Notes under the pieces: generated by a model
Database searches by the model: none
What the model saw: the letters and a program-made list of their open reading frames with translations, nothing else
Told to the model about the DNA's origin: nothing
Program-made: the position numbers and the translations under genes
Part shown: positions 9,273-18,975 of the stretch, in pieces
How the letters are laid out: each line of letters begins with the position of its first letter
Position numbering within the stretch: the stretch's first letter is position 1
Source of the DNA: an uncultured Ruegeria sp.
Lineage (GTDB): Bacteria > Pseudomonadota > Alphaproteobacteria > Rhodobacterales > Rhodobacteraceae
DNA length: 64,000 nt
Direction of reading: 5' to 3'
Assembly (NCBI GenBank): GCA_963669395.1
Contig: OY770022.1
Location: 1,329,305-1,393,304, forward strand

Positions 9273-9935
9273 CTACATAGCCTCCAAGGTATGCTCGAGG
9301 CCATTTCGAATGTGATCTTCCAACAACTTCTTGGCCATATCCGCGTCTCTGGCCAATGCGGCATCGAACATGTGTTTGTGTTCTTTGGCTGCTACCTCAC
9401 CTCGATAGGTCAGTACGAGCATCTGGTAGCGAAGATACTTGTCATAGATGATTGAGTGAAGGGATAGAAGATTCTTGGAGTTGCAGGCTGCTATCATCGC
9501 TTGATGAAACTCCGAGTCGTACCTCTTCCAGGTTTCTTTCTCAGAGTCATCTCCTTTGAGAAGCCGTTGCTCCATCAAATGCAGCTTATGATGCGCGGCG
9601 ACCAGGTTCCCCTCCCAATCCGTGTCACCATTCTCGATGGATAACTCCAATGCATGGCACTCCAGCAGGACACGCAGCTCTGATATCTCGATCAGGTCTT
9701 CACGGGAGACCGGTGTAACCAGGAATCCCCGTTGCTCGGGAGCTTCGACAAATCCGTCGCTGGCGAGCCTGTTTAGCGTTTCACGAAGTGTCGAAAGGCT
9801 TGCCGAGTAGCGTTCCTTCAAGGCGTCCAGCTTCAGTTTGGAGCCGGGCTGCAGCTCTCCGAAGATGATGTCCCGCTTGATGCGCTGATAGGTGCTTGCA
9901 CCTATCGTGGACGGCTGTTTCGCCATGCGTTTCAC
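9273..9935 (-). CDS. GntR family (FCD domain) transcriptional regulator
   Basis: wHTH LSTLRETLNRL plus FCD (DSEFHQAM...EH...HI). Confidence 0.93.
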   Translation of the reverse strand: MKRMAKQPSTIGASTYQRIKRDIIFGELQPGSKLKLDALKERYSASLSTLRETLNRLASDGFVEAPEQRGFLVTPVSREDLIEISELRVLLECHALELSIENGDTDWEGNLVAAHHKLHLMEQRLLKGDDSEKETWKRYDSEFHQAMIAACNSKNLLSLHSIIYDKYLRYQMLVLTYRGEVAAKEHKHMFDAALARDADMAKKLLEDHIRNGLEHTLEAM

Positions 9936-10134
9936 CCGATATTATCAGTTTCCTCGTTCAATTAGCATTTTTTAGAGACATCAGCAATCCAAACTGATGT
10001 ATGGTAAAAATAAAAATATCATACATTATTGCGGAATCACGAAAACCCCAATACGGTCGTGGCCAAGTTGGGCATAGCAGCCTGATCGCAATCATCGGTT
10101 TCGGGATTTTCCGGACCCTCCGGAAGGAAGCAAA

Positions 10135-11217
10135 GTGTCTAAGAACTTTCGCATTGCCATTGTCGGCATTGGTCTTGTTGGACGACGCCACGCGGACGCT
10201 ATCCGAGCGTTGCGCCATGTTGATCTCGTCGCGGTGGTCGACCCCAGCGAAGAAGGTCGTGCTTACGCCGTTGAGCACGGGGTCGCATGTTACGAGACCC
10301 TCGAGGAAATGTTTGCAAATCAGTCGCCGGACGGAGCTGTTCTGGCGACCCCGACCACGCTTCATGTTGAACAAGGTCTCACGTGTGTTCGACATGGGTG
10401 TCCCGTTCTTGTCGAAAAACCGATCGCCGTAGAAGCCACTGCTGCACTTGAGCTTGTTCAAGCAGCGGAGAAGGCCAATGTGCCACTGATGGTCGGACAT
10501 CATCGTCGACACAATCCTCTGATCCGGTCGGCTAAGGAAGCCATTGTCGGTGGGAAGATTGGCGATGTGCGCGCTGTCCATGCGAATTGCTGGTTCTATA
10601 AGCCAGACGAGTATTTTGATGCTGCGCCCTGGCGAAAGAAACCCGGTGCAGGGCCCATCTCGGTCAATCTTGTCCACGATGTTGATCTGCTGCGGTACCT
10701 GGCCGGAGAAGTCATGACCGTACAGGCTCAGTCGGCTGCATCGCAGCGGGGTTACGACAACGAAGATGTTGCCGGTGCTCTGTTGACGTTCGAAAGCGGG
10801 GCGATAGGGACCATAAGTGTGTCCGACAGCATCGTTGCTCCATGGAGCTGGGAGATGACGTCTCAGGAATATCCAATCTATCCTTCAACCACTGAGAGTA
10901 GCTACATGATAGGTGGCTCTCATGGTTCGTTGTCCGTTCCCGATGTTCGGTTGTGGAGTTACCAGAGTGAGCAAAGGGACTGGTGGACGCCAATCTCATC
11001 AACTGCGCTGAAAAAGGGTGCGTCTGACCCCCTGGTCAATCAGCTTAGGCACTTTGTTGAAGTAGCTCAGCACGAAGCAGAACCGATTGTATCTGGATGG
11101 GAAGGTTTAAAAACACTTCAAGTTATTGAAGCTATTCAGAATTCCTGCAGAACAGGTGAGACGGTCAGGATCAAAAACTTACAAAAAACGCCAATGGTAG
11201 ATATGACGGCAGTATAA
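10135..11217 (+). CDS. Gfo/Idh/MocA family oxidoreductase
   Basis: GIGLVG, LVEKP, VGHHRRH, NLVHDVD. Confidence 0.92.
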   Translation: MSKNFRIAIVGIGLVGRRHADAIRALRHVDLVAVVDPSEEGRAYAVEHGVACYETLEEMFANQSPDGAVLATPTTLHVEQGLTCVRHGCPVLVEKPIAVEATAALELVQAAEKANVPLMVGHHRRHNPLIRSAKEAIVGGKIGDVRAVHANCWFYKPDEYFDAAPWRKKPGAGPISVNLVHDVDLLRYLAGEVMTVQAQSAASQRGYDNEDVAGALLTFESGAIGTISVSDSIVAPWSWEMTSQEYPIYPSTTESSYMIGGSHGSLSVPDVRLWSYQSEQRDWWTPISSTALKKGASDPLVNQLRHFVEVAQHEAEPIVSGWEGLKTLQVIEAIQNSCRTGETVRIKNLQKTPMVDMTAV

Positions 11218-11232
11218 AATATCAGATATTTT
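11216..11232. promoter_or_regulatory. Palindromic operator AAAATATC-A-GATATTTT
   Basis: Perfect inverted repeat upstream of dctP; identical copy at 20910-20926. Confidence 0.75.
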
Positions 11233-11317
11233 GTAAAAAATCTTGCAAAATATCCAAAATAGGTCAAAACTCTTAATCGCAAAAAAGAAGCATCATGATG
11301 TCTCAGGGAGGAGCAAA

Positions 11318-12328
11318 GTGATTACCAAACTTACCCGCCGGGCTGCTGTATCAGCCCTGGTCGCAACCGGTGTTCTGTTTAGCGCAACAAGTGGTGCGCT
11401 GGCGGAAGACAAAGTGCAACTTCGGCTCGCAACATCAGGATCGGAGACCGACCAGCGCTCGGTCGCCATGGCCGAGGTTTTCGCACCCATGGTCGCTGAT
11501 TTCGCAAGCTACGAGCCCAGCTACAATGGAACTATCTTCGCCCAAGGCACCGAGTTGGACGCCATCAGCCGGGGCAATCTGGAAATGTCGATCACCTCGG
11601 CGCAGGAACTGGCACAGTTCTTCCCCGAGTTTTCGATCTTTACCGCCGGATACGTTCATCAGGACGCGGCGCATCAGGTAGCGGTCTTCAACGATCCCCT
11701 GATGGATGCCTTCAAGCAAAAGGCCGAGGACGAATTGGGCGTCAAACTGCTGTCGGTCATGTATCTGGGCCGTCGACAGGTGAACCTGCGCCAGCCCAAG
11801 GATGAGCTGACTGTGTCTACACCTGCCGATCTGGAAGGTGTGAACCTGCGGATGCCGGGCACAGATGCGTGGCAGTTCCTTGGCAAAGCGCTGGGTGCCG
11901 CCCCGACACCAATGGCGTTCTCAGAGGTTTACACAGCTTTGTCGACCGGTGCCGTTGACGGTCAGGACAACCCGTTGCCGACCGTCGTTGACGCCAAGTT
12001 CTATGAAGTGACCAATCAAATCGTCCTGACGTCGCATCTGGTTGACCTGAACTATATCGCCATCGGCAAAGAGGTTTGGGACGGGCTGACACCGGAACAG
12101 CAGGAAAAAGTTCAGGCCGCAGCGGATGCAGCGGCTGAGTCGGGCCGCCAGAAACAGCTTCAGAAAGAAGAAGATCTGGTCAGCTTCCTCAAGGAGCAGG
12201 GCATGGAGGTCTACGAGCCCGACCTCGCGGCGTTCCGCGATCAGGTACAGTCGATGTATCTGGAAAGCGAGTTCGCCGGGTCATGGCCGGACGGTGTTCT
12301 GGAGCAGATCAACGCTCTGGGCAACTAA
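11318..12328 (+). CDS. dctP: TRAP transporter substrate-binding protein
   Basis: Signal peptide, LRMP (conserved carboxylate-binding Arg), EVYTALSTGAVDGQDNP. GTG start behind GGAGG. Confidence 0.92.
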   Translation: MITKLTRRAAVSALVATGVLFSATSGALAEDKVQLRLATSGSETDQRSVAMAEVFAPMVADFASYEPSYNGTIFAQGTELDAISRGNLEMSITSAQELAQFFPEFSIFTAGYVHQDAAHQVAVFNDPLMDAFKQKAEDELGVKLLSVMYLGRRQVNLRQPKDELTVSTPADLEGVNLRMPGTDAWQFLGKALGAAPTPMAFSEVYTALSTGAVDGQDNPLPTVVDAKFYEVTNQIVLTSHLVDLNYIAIGKEVWDGLTPEQQEKVQAAADAAAESGRQKQLQKEEDLVSFLKEQGMEVYEPDLAAFRDQVQSMYLESEFAGSWPDGVLEQINALGN

Positions 12329-12358
12329 GTTCGTCTACACAAGGGAGGGAGAACCACA

Positions 12359-12934
12359 ATGAAAGGCTTTCTAAAGGGGTTCTCCCGACTGACCGAAGCG
12401 ATTGCCGGCGGGATGCTGGCGGCAATCTTCCTGATCTTCCTTCTCCAAATTCTTCTGCGCTACTTCTTTACCCCCGCTGGCTGGACGCTTGAACTGATCG
12501 GCATCCTCTGGGTCTGGGTGATCTTTTTTAGCTGCGCCTTCATCGTGCGCGAGAGGGATCACGTGAAGTTCGACATCATCTACCTTTCGGTGCCGATGCG
12601 CGTGCGGCAGATCTTTGCGATGCTGGCGGCCGCGGCGATCGTGGTCGGGATGCTCTATAGTTTCCTGCCGACGTGGGACTACATCGACTGGATGAAAATC
12701 CGCAAAACCTCGACTGTGCGCAATCCGTTCTCCGGCGAGAAGATCCCGTTGCGCACAGTATTCTCGATTTACGCGGTATTCATGCTGGTCGTCGCAGCGC
12801 GGTACGCGTGGCTATTCTTCGACGTCATGCGCAATGGCCCACCAAAAGCCGAGCTGGAACTGGTCGTTGGGTACAACGTGGTTGACGATCATCCCCGCGT
12901 CGACGGTGAAGACGACGAGGAAGCTGACAAATGA
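12359..12934 (+). CDS. dctQ: TRAP transporter small permease
   Basis: 4 TM segments, RY...WTLEL, HVKFD. Confidence 0.9.
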   Translation: MKGFLKGFSRLTEAIAGGMLAAIFLIFLLQILLRYFFTPAGWTLELIGILWVWVIFFSCAFIVRERDHVKFDIIYLSVPMRVRQIFAMLAAAAIVVGMLYSFLPTWDYIDWMKIRKTSTVRNPFSGEKIPLRTVFSIYAVFMLVVAARYAWLFFDVMRNGPPKAELELVVGYNVVDDHPRVDGEDDEEADK

Positions 12935-14226
12935 GTTTTGAACTTCTTTCCTGCCTGCTCGCTCTCTTTGTTCTGGCAGGCATCGGGACACCTATCGGCT
13001 ATTCCATCCTTTTGGCCTCATTGGTGTATCTGGGCACAGCCGGACTGGACGTCGCACTCGCAGGCGAGAAGATCCTGCAAGGCTTCTACAAAAGCACGAT
13101 CCTGCTTGCCGTGCCTTTGTTCATCGTCGCCGCGAATATCATGAACGCTGGGTCGATCACGGACCGTCTGCTGAACTTCTGCGTCGCTGCGGTCGGGCGG
13201 TTCAAGGGCGGCCTCGGGCACGTCAACGTGGTAGCGTCTCTGATCTTTTCGGGTATGTCCGGGTCGGCTGTCGCGGATGCTGCGGGGATTGGTAAGATCA
13301 TCATTGAGATGATGACCAAGGATGGGCGCTATAGCCGAGGTTACGCAGCCGCAATCACGGCGGCGTCGGCGACGATTGGCCCGATCATTCCGCCCTCGAT
13401 CCCGATGGTTTTGTACGCGCTCGTTTCCAAGGCCTCCATCGGGTCTCTTTTCCTGGCCGGTATTTTGCCTGGCCTGATCATGGGCGTCGTTCTTATGGCG
13501 ATGAACTATTATCTGGCCGGGAAGCGGAACTTTGCATTGGAAGAACCTGTTCCGCTGCGCGAGTTGCCGGCCAAAACCGCCAACGCGTTCCCGGCGCTGC
13601 TGATGCCTGCAATCCTGCTTTACGGCATATATGGCGGCGTCACCACTCCGACCGAGGCTGCAGCCGTGGCTGCATTCTACGCCCTGCTACTGGCAGCATT
13701 GTTCTACCGCGCACTGACCTTCCGTGGACTTTATCAAGTGTTCGTCGACAGCGCGCGCTCTTCCGCAGCCGTCGGGGTGGTCATTGGGGGCGCGTTCATT
13801 CTGAACTTCATCGTTATTCAGGAGCAAATACCGCAGTCTATCTCGGCGCTGCTGGAGGGTTCTGATGTCAGCCCGATTGTGTTCCTGATCCTCGTAAACC
13901 TGCTGATCCTCGCGCTGGGATGCGTGTTAGACGCAACAACGATCATCCTGGTGATTGTGCCCCTGTTCATTCCAACCTGCGAAGCGCTTGGGATTGATCT
14001 GGTGCATTTCGGGGTGCTGGTCGTGGTGAACTCGATGATCGGTCTGATCACGCCGCCCTACGGCATTCTACTCTTTGTGATCAACGCCGTGACGGACATT
14101 CCGCTGCGCGAAATCATCTCGGAGATTTGGGCCTTCCTGGCGGTGCTCATCTTCGCCCTCGTGATCATGATGCTGATGCCTGATCTGGTCCTGTGGTTGC
14201 CGCGTATGTTTGGATATCAGGGATAA
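12931..14226 (+). CDS. dctM: TRAP transporter large permease
   Basis: SGSAVADAA, IIPPSIP, TPTEAAA, TPPYG. Confidence 0.95.
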   Translation: MSFELLSCLLALFVLAGIGTPIGYSILLASLVYLGTAGLDVALAGEKILQGFYKSTILLAVPLFIVAANIMNAGSITDRLLNFCVAAVGRFKGGLGHVNVVASLIFSGMSGSAVADAAGIGKIIIEMMTKDGRYSRGYAAAITAASATIGPIIPPSIPMVLYALVSKASIGSLFLAGILPGLIMGVVLMAMNYYLAGKRNFALEEPVPLRELPAKTANAFPALLMPAILLYGIYGGVTTPTEAAAVAAFYALLLAALFYRALTFRGLYQVFVDSARSSAAVGVVIGGAFILNFIVIQEQIPQSISALLEGSDVSPIVFLILVNLLILALGCVLDATTIILVIVPLFIPTCEALGIDLVHFGVLVVVNSMIGLITPPYGILLFVINAVTDIPLREIISEIWAFLAVLIFALVIMMLMPDLVLWLPRMFGYQG

Positions 14227-16112
14227 TGTGCCTCTCGGTTTCGACAACGTCGATCCCCGGTGATCTGGCCGAAAAACTGAGTGCTATCGCCGACGCGGGG
14301 TTCGGAGGTGTCGAATTACACGAACCGGATTTGACCGCTTTTGATGGGCCGCCATCGCAAATTCGGAACATTGTATCAGATCTCGGCCTGAAGATTTGCC
14401 TGTTACAACCCTTCCATAACCTTGAAGGCCAGGCCGACGCCGGACGGGAGCGCGTCTTTGATCGGCTGAAGCGCAAACTCGACCTGATGAGCGAGTTGGG
14501 TACTGATCTGCTGCTAATTGGGTCCGCGTTCGAGGTCGATGCCGCTGCGACCGGAGAACAGGTAATCGCAGATCTTGGCGAGGCGGCTGAGATCGCGAAA
14601 GAGATGGGATTGCGTCTGGCCTATATGGGCTTGCCTTGGTCGGATCTTATTCACTCGGATGAACAGGCGTTAGGCGTCGTTGATGCTGTCGACAGCCCTA
14701 ATCTGGGGTTGGCTTTGAATTCCTTCTTCTCGCTTGCCGACAGGTCCAAACCCGCCCGCCTTCGGGATATTCCCGGAGAGCGGCTGTTCCATGTGCAACT
14801 GTCCGATGCACCCCGGCTTGAGATGGATATCCGCAGGCTCAAGCGGCACTTCGGGCTTTTGCCCGGTCTTGGATCGCTGAACCTTGCGGGCTTCGTGCGG
14901 GTGTTGTCCCGCGCCGGATACAAGGGGCCTTGGTCCATTGCGCGCGTCAACGAAGCAGCTCCTCAACCCGGTGGCCCAACACTGGCCCGAGACAGCTACA
15001 GGTCGCTGGTGAACCTGTTAGATGAGGTTTCCCGGACCGAGCCCGGAACCGATTTCGGCATCCCGGACCTACCGGAACGCGTCTTTGCGTCCGGCTTCGA
15101 ATTCGTCGAATTTACAGCTGATGAGGTAAGCGGCGCGCAGCTGGCGGACATTCTGTCAGCAATGTGTTTTCGAATGGAGCGAAAGCATGTAAGCAAGTCC
15201 GTCGAGTTGTGGCGGCAGGGCGCGATAAACATCGTTGTGAATACCGAAAAGGAAGGTTTTGCACATTCGGCGTTCCTGGGCCACGGCCCTTCCGTTTGTG
15301 ACATGGGGTTGCGTGTCAAAGATGCGGATCAGACGGTTCAGCGAGCGACCGCGTTGGGCGCGCCGAATTTCTCACAGCCGGTAGGGACCGGGGAACTGGA
15401 CATCCCGGCCATCCGAGGTGTAGGTGGCAATGTTGTCCATTTCATAGATGAGAAATCCGATCTGCATCGGGTTTGGGACATCGAGTTCGAGCCAGTCGCC
15501 AAGACCAAAGCGATCCAGCCCGCCGGTCTGCGCCGCATCGACCATCTGGCACAGACGATGCGTAACGATGAGATGCAAAGCTGGCTGCTCTATTACATTT
15601 CGACTTTTGAGATGGCAAAATCCCCGATCGTGAACGTTGCCGACCCGTTGGGTGTTGTGCAAAGCCAAGCTATCGAAAGCCCCGAAGGCGAAGTGCGTTT
15701 AAACCTGAATGGTGCAGTTGGGCGTCGAACACTGGCGGCTTCATTCCTTGAAGACGGTTTTGGTGCCGGTGTTCAGCACATCGCCTTCCAGTCGGACGAC
15801 ATATTTGAAACCTCAGCCCAATTGCGGAAGTCCGGTTTTCCCAGCCTGTCCATCCCAGAAAACTACTACGCTGATCTGCAAGCGACATTCGGGTTAAGTG
15901 AAGACCTGATCGCCCAAATGCGCAGGGATAACATACTCTACGATCAGGCGGCGGGTGCCGAGTACTTTCAGATCTACAGTCGCCCCATTTTTAACGGCTT
16001 TTTCTTTGAAATTGTCGAGCGACGAACTGCTTACGCCGGCTATGGTGCGCGTAACGCTGCGTTTCGATTAGCGGCACAAACGCGACACCACGTGGCGGAA
16101 GGAACAACCTAA
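14226..16112 (+). CDS. QuiC1-type fusion: sugar-phosphate-isomerase TIM barrel plus HPPD-like (VOC) domain, with degenerate N-terminal site
   Basis: C-terminal RIDH/VQHIAF/FFEIVER metal triad intact; N-terminal dehydroshikimate dehydratase motifs altered. ATG at 14226 overlaps the dctM stop. Confidence 0.88.
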   Translation: MCLSVSTTSIPGDLAEKLSAIADAGFGGVELHEPDLTAFDGPPSQIRNIVSDLGLKICLLQPFHNLEGQADAGRERVFDRLKRKLDLMSELGTDLLLIGSAFEVDAAATGEQVIADLGEAAEIAKEMGLRLAYMGLPWSDLIHSDEQALGVVDAVDSPNLGLALNSFFSLADRSKPARLRDIPGERLFHVQLSDAPRLEMDIRRLKRHFGLLPGLGSLNLAGFVRVLSRAGYKGPWSIARVNEAAPQPGGPTLARDSYRSLVNLLDEVSRTEPGTDFGIPDLPERVFASGFEFVEFTADEVSGAQLADILSAMCFRMERKHVSKSVELWRQGAINIVVNTEKEGFAHSAFLGHGPSVCDMGLRVKDADQTVQRATALGAPNFSQPVGTGELDIPAIRGVGGNVVHFIDEKSDLHRVWDIEFEPVAKTKAIQPAGLRRIDHLAQTMRNDEMQSWLLYYISTFEMAKSPIVNVADPLGVVQSQAIESPEGEVRLNLNGAVGRRTLAASFLEDGFGAGVQHIAFQSDDIFETSAQLRKSGFPSLSIPENYYADLQATFGLSEDLIAQMRRDNILYDQAAGAEYFQIYSRPIFNGFFFEIVERRTAYAGYGARNAAFRLAAQTRHHVAEGTT

Positions 16113-16113
16113 T

Positions 16114-16986
16114 ATGAAGGCCGCACTAATCGGACAAGGGATTTCTGGCTCCATGACGCCTGAGATGCACGAGGCGGAGGGCCGGGCGCAGGGCATCGAT
16201 CTGAGCTACGGTAGGATCGACACTGCAAAAGAGCCATTTCGTGGAATGTCGGCCGCTGATTTACTGCATTATTCCGTTGAATTAGGCTGTGCGGCGGTCA
16301 ACGTGACACACCCCTACAAAGCGTCGGTCATTGATCATCTCGATGAGCTTTCCAAGACTGCTGAGGAGCTTCAAGCTGTCAACGCGGTGGTTTTTTGTGA
16401 CGACCGAATGGTTGGCCACAACACCGATTACATAGGTTTCCACAGTGCCTTCGGAGATTTTTTGGGATCATCGAAGACTGAAACGGTTCTCTTGTTTGGT
16501 GCTGGTGGCGCGGGCAGTGCAGTCTCTTTGGCTTTGCTTGATTCAGGTGTTCGAGATCTGGAGATCATCGATCCTGACTTCCACCGAGCGCAGGCGCTGG
16601 TCAGTCGACTAAAGGTCTTGCGCCCTTGTGCGAAGCTTCAGGGTTCCCCCTCGATTTCGTTGGAACGGGTCAAATTTGTGGACGGAGTGGTCAATGCAAC
16701 ACCGCTCGGGATGGATAAGTACCCCGGGTCGGTAATTGATCCATCATTGTTGCGGCCGGATGCTTGGGTGGCAGATATAGTATATTTCCCGCTCGAGACA
16801 CACCTTCTGAGCAGCGCCCGCACAACTGGGTTAAAAGTGATGAATGGTGCTGGAATGGCAGTTCATCAGGCTGCAGCGTCTTTTGAAATCTTCACCGGCT
16901 GCACCGCCTCAATCAGTCGTCTTCAAAACGTTTTCGATTCACTTCGTCAGCAGCGCATGCGCGAGTTTAGAGGTGCAACGGTATGA
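16114..16986 (+). CDS. Shikimate/quinate dehydrogenase family protein, probably NAD-dependent and catabolic
   Basis: SMTPEMH, NVTHPYK, AVN, GHNTD, GAGGAG; acidic DPD replaces the NADP-type NRT motif. Confidence 0.88.
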   Translation: MKAALIGQGISGSMTPEMHEAEGRAQGIDLSYGRIDTAKEPFRGMSAADLLHYSVELGCAAVNVTHPYKASVIDHLDELSKTAEELQAVNAVVFCDDRMVGHNTDYIGFHSAFGDFLGSSKTETVLLFGAGGAGSAVSLALLDSGVRDLEIIDPDFHRAQALVSRLKVLRPCAKLQGSPSISLERVKFVDGVVNATPLGMDKYPGSVIDPSLLRPDAWVADIVYFPLETHLLSSARTTGLKVMNGAGMAVHQAAASFEIFTGCTASISRLQNVFDSLRQQRMREFRGATV

Positions 16987-17798
16987 CAAACGACGAGCAA
17001 GCTATCCGCCAATGGTGGCGTACCTCCATCATCGACATGAAGCCCGGTCAGATCGCTTTTCGTGGCAACGCCATAGAGGACCTGATCGGGAACGTATCTT
17101 TCCCGCAGATGATCTGGCTGATGGTGCGGGGTGATCTGCCCAGCGGCGCACAAGCGCGCTTGTTCGAAGCTGCTTTGGTCGCAGGCGTGGATCACGGCCC
17201 ACAGGCTCCCTCAATCGCGGCTGCGCGTATGGCCGCCACCTGCGGGGTAGGTCTCAATAATGCGATGGCGACTGCGGTGAACATGCTGGGCGACGTGCAC
17301 GGCGGGGCAGGCGAGCAGTGTGCAGAGCTGTACTATGATATCGCAGTCCGTATGGATGCGGGAGCTTCGCTGAATGACGCTGTTCGGGATGGCTTGGACA
17401 GCTGGCGCGAGACGTATGGCAAGATCGTCTCGGGCTTTGGTCACAGGTTCCACAAACCCGTCGATCCACGCGCACCACGATTGATGCAACTTGTTCGAGA
17501 TGCGGCGGCAGAAGGCACAGTTTCTGGCCGGTTTGCCGATATCGGAGAAGAGGTTCAAGCCGATCTGGGTCGTCAACGCGGCGGTCGGTCAATTGCCATG
17601 AATATCGACGGCGCGACAGCTGTGATCTTCTGCGAGCTTGGCTTTCCTGCGCCCTTGTCGCGAGGGCTATTCTGCCTGTCCCGCTCGGTCGGAATACTTG
17701 CCCACGCTTGGGAGCAGATGGGTCAGGGCGGTCGAAACAAAGGGCCCATGCCCCCGAAATACTTACCCTTCTACGAAGACAGGAATGATGACACGTGA
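16983..17798 (+). CDS. Citryl-CoA lyase-like protein (short citrate synthase family)
   Basis: DHGPQAPS, HGGAGE, GFGHRFH, DPR, NIDG. Confidence 0.88.
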   Translation: MTNDEQAIRQWWRTSIIDMKPGQIAFRGNAIEDLIGNVSFPQMIWLMVRGDLPSGAQARLFEAALVAGVDHGPQAPSIAAARMAATCGVGLNNAMATAVNMLGDVHGGAGEQCAELYYDIAVRMDAGASLNDAVRDGLDSWRETYGKIVSGFGHRFHKPVDPRAPRLMQLVRDAAAEGTVSGRFADIGEEVQADLGRQRGGRSIAMNIDGATAVIFCELGFPAPLSRGLFCLSRSVGILAHAWEQMGQGGRNKGPMPPKYLPFYEDRNDDT

Positions 17799-18975
17799 GA
17801 CATCGAAACCCTTCCGGGTCGGCCTTATCGGCTGTGGTCGTATCAGCGATATCTATCTAAAAACACTGTCAAAATTTTCAAACGTCGAGGTCGTGGCTTG
17901 TGCAAGCCTTGATCCTTCGGAAAGCCGCGCCAAAGCGGATCAATACGGTGTCGCCCAGGCCTGCACGCCAGATGAAGTGTTTGACGATCAGACGATTGAC
18001 TGCGTTCTGAATCTGACAATACCGGCGGCGCATGCCGAAATCAGCCTGCGTGCGTTGGAGGCGGGCAAGCACGTCTATTCCGAGAAGCCGCTGGTTATGG
18101 ATCGAACGGATGGTAAGGCGATTCTGCACATGGCCTCTGAAAAGGGGCTACTGGTCGGTTGCGCACCCGACACGTTTCTGGGCGGTCGTTGGCAAACCGT
18201 TCGGCGCTTGATCGATGAGGGTGCCATTGGCAAACCGACAGGGGTTTTTGCCCATGTCGGTACCCACGGGACAGAACGCCACCATCCCAATCCGGATTTC
18301 TACTATAAGGCGGGTGGTGGGCCATTGCTGGACCTTGGGCCGTACTACCTGACCGCCATGATCTGCTGCCTTGGTCCCGTTGACCGGGTCGCCGGAATGG
18401 CGCGATGCACGTTCGACAAAAGGATGATCGAAAACGGCCCTCGCAACGGCGAATGGATAGATGTCGAGGTGGACACGCACTCCCTAAGCCTGCTTCAGTT
18501 CTCATCCGGAGCCATAGGGTCGATGACCATGAGCTTCGACGTCTGGGACAGCGAAACTCCGCGGTTCGAGATCTACGGTGAAAACGGCACCATCAGCATT
18601 TCTGATCCTGACCCGGTTCATGGTGCCAATATCTTTCAAGGGGATGTCTGGCTGAAAACGCGGGAGACCTCGCGCTGGTCTCATCAGCCTCGTCCAATCG
18701 GTCGCGAAAACTGGCAGGTGGTCGAAAACAAACATGGATTCAATGAAGACAGTCGCGGGCTCGGCCTTTTGGATCTGGCCCTGGCGGCACAAGAAGGACG
18801 CCAACCCCGTGCAAGTGGAACGCTCGCCTACCACGTTTTCGAGGTCATGGACGCGATCGAACGGGCACCGAAATTTGGCGCTTATCAGACGATAGAAAGC
18901 CGTTGCGCGGCTCCGGAGCCTTTGCCGGTCGATTTCCTGAACGATGAGAGGAAGGAGCTGGTCCATGCCGATTGA
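17785..18975 (+). CDS. Gfo/Idh/MocA family oxidoreductase
   Basis: GCGRIS, HVYSEKP, APDTFLG, HPNPDFYY, DLGPYY. Confidence 0.92.
   Translation: MMTRETSKPFRVGLIGCGRISDIYLKTLSKFSNVEVVACASLDPSESRAKADQYGVAQACTPDEVFDDQTIDCVLNLTIPAAHAEISLRALEAGKHVYSEKPLVMDRTDGKAILHMASEKGLLVGCAPDTFLGGRWQTVRRLIDEGAIGKPTGVFAHVGTHGTERHHPNPDFYYKAGGGPLLDLGPYYLTAMICCLGPVDRVAGMARCTFDKRMIENGPRNGEWIDVEVDTHSLSLLQFSSGAIGSMTMSFDVWDSETPRFEIYGENGTISISDPDPVHGANIFQGDVWLKTRETSRWSHQPRPIGRENWQVVENKHGFNEDSRGLGLLDLALAAQEGRQPRASGTLAYHVFEVMDAIERAPKFGAYQTIESRCAAPEPLPVDFLNDERKELVHAD

Noticed and set aside
14226-16986. Standard quinate/shikimate to protocatechuate (qui) pathway
   Set aside because: Dehydratase catalytic residues appear lost; no dehydroquinase or pca genes in the window.
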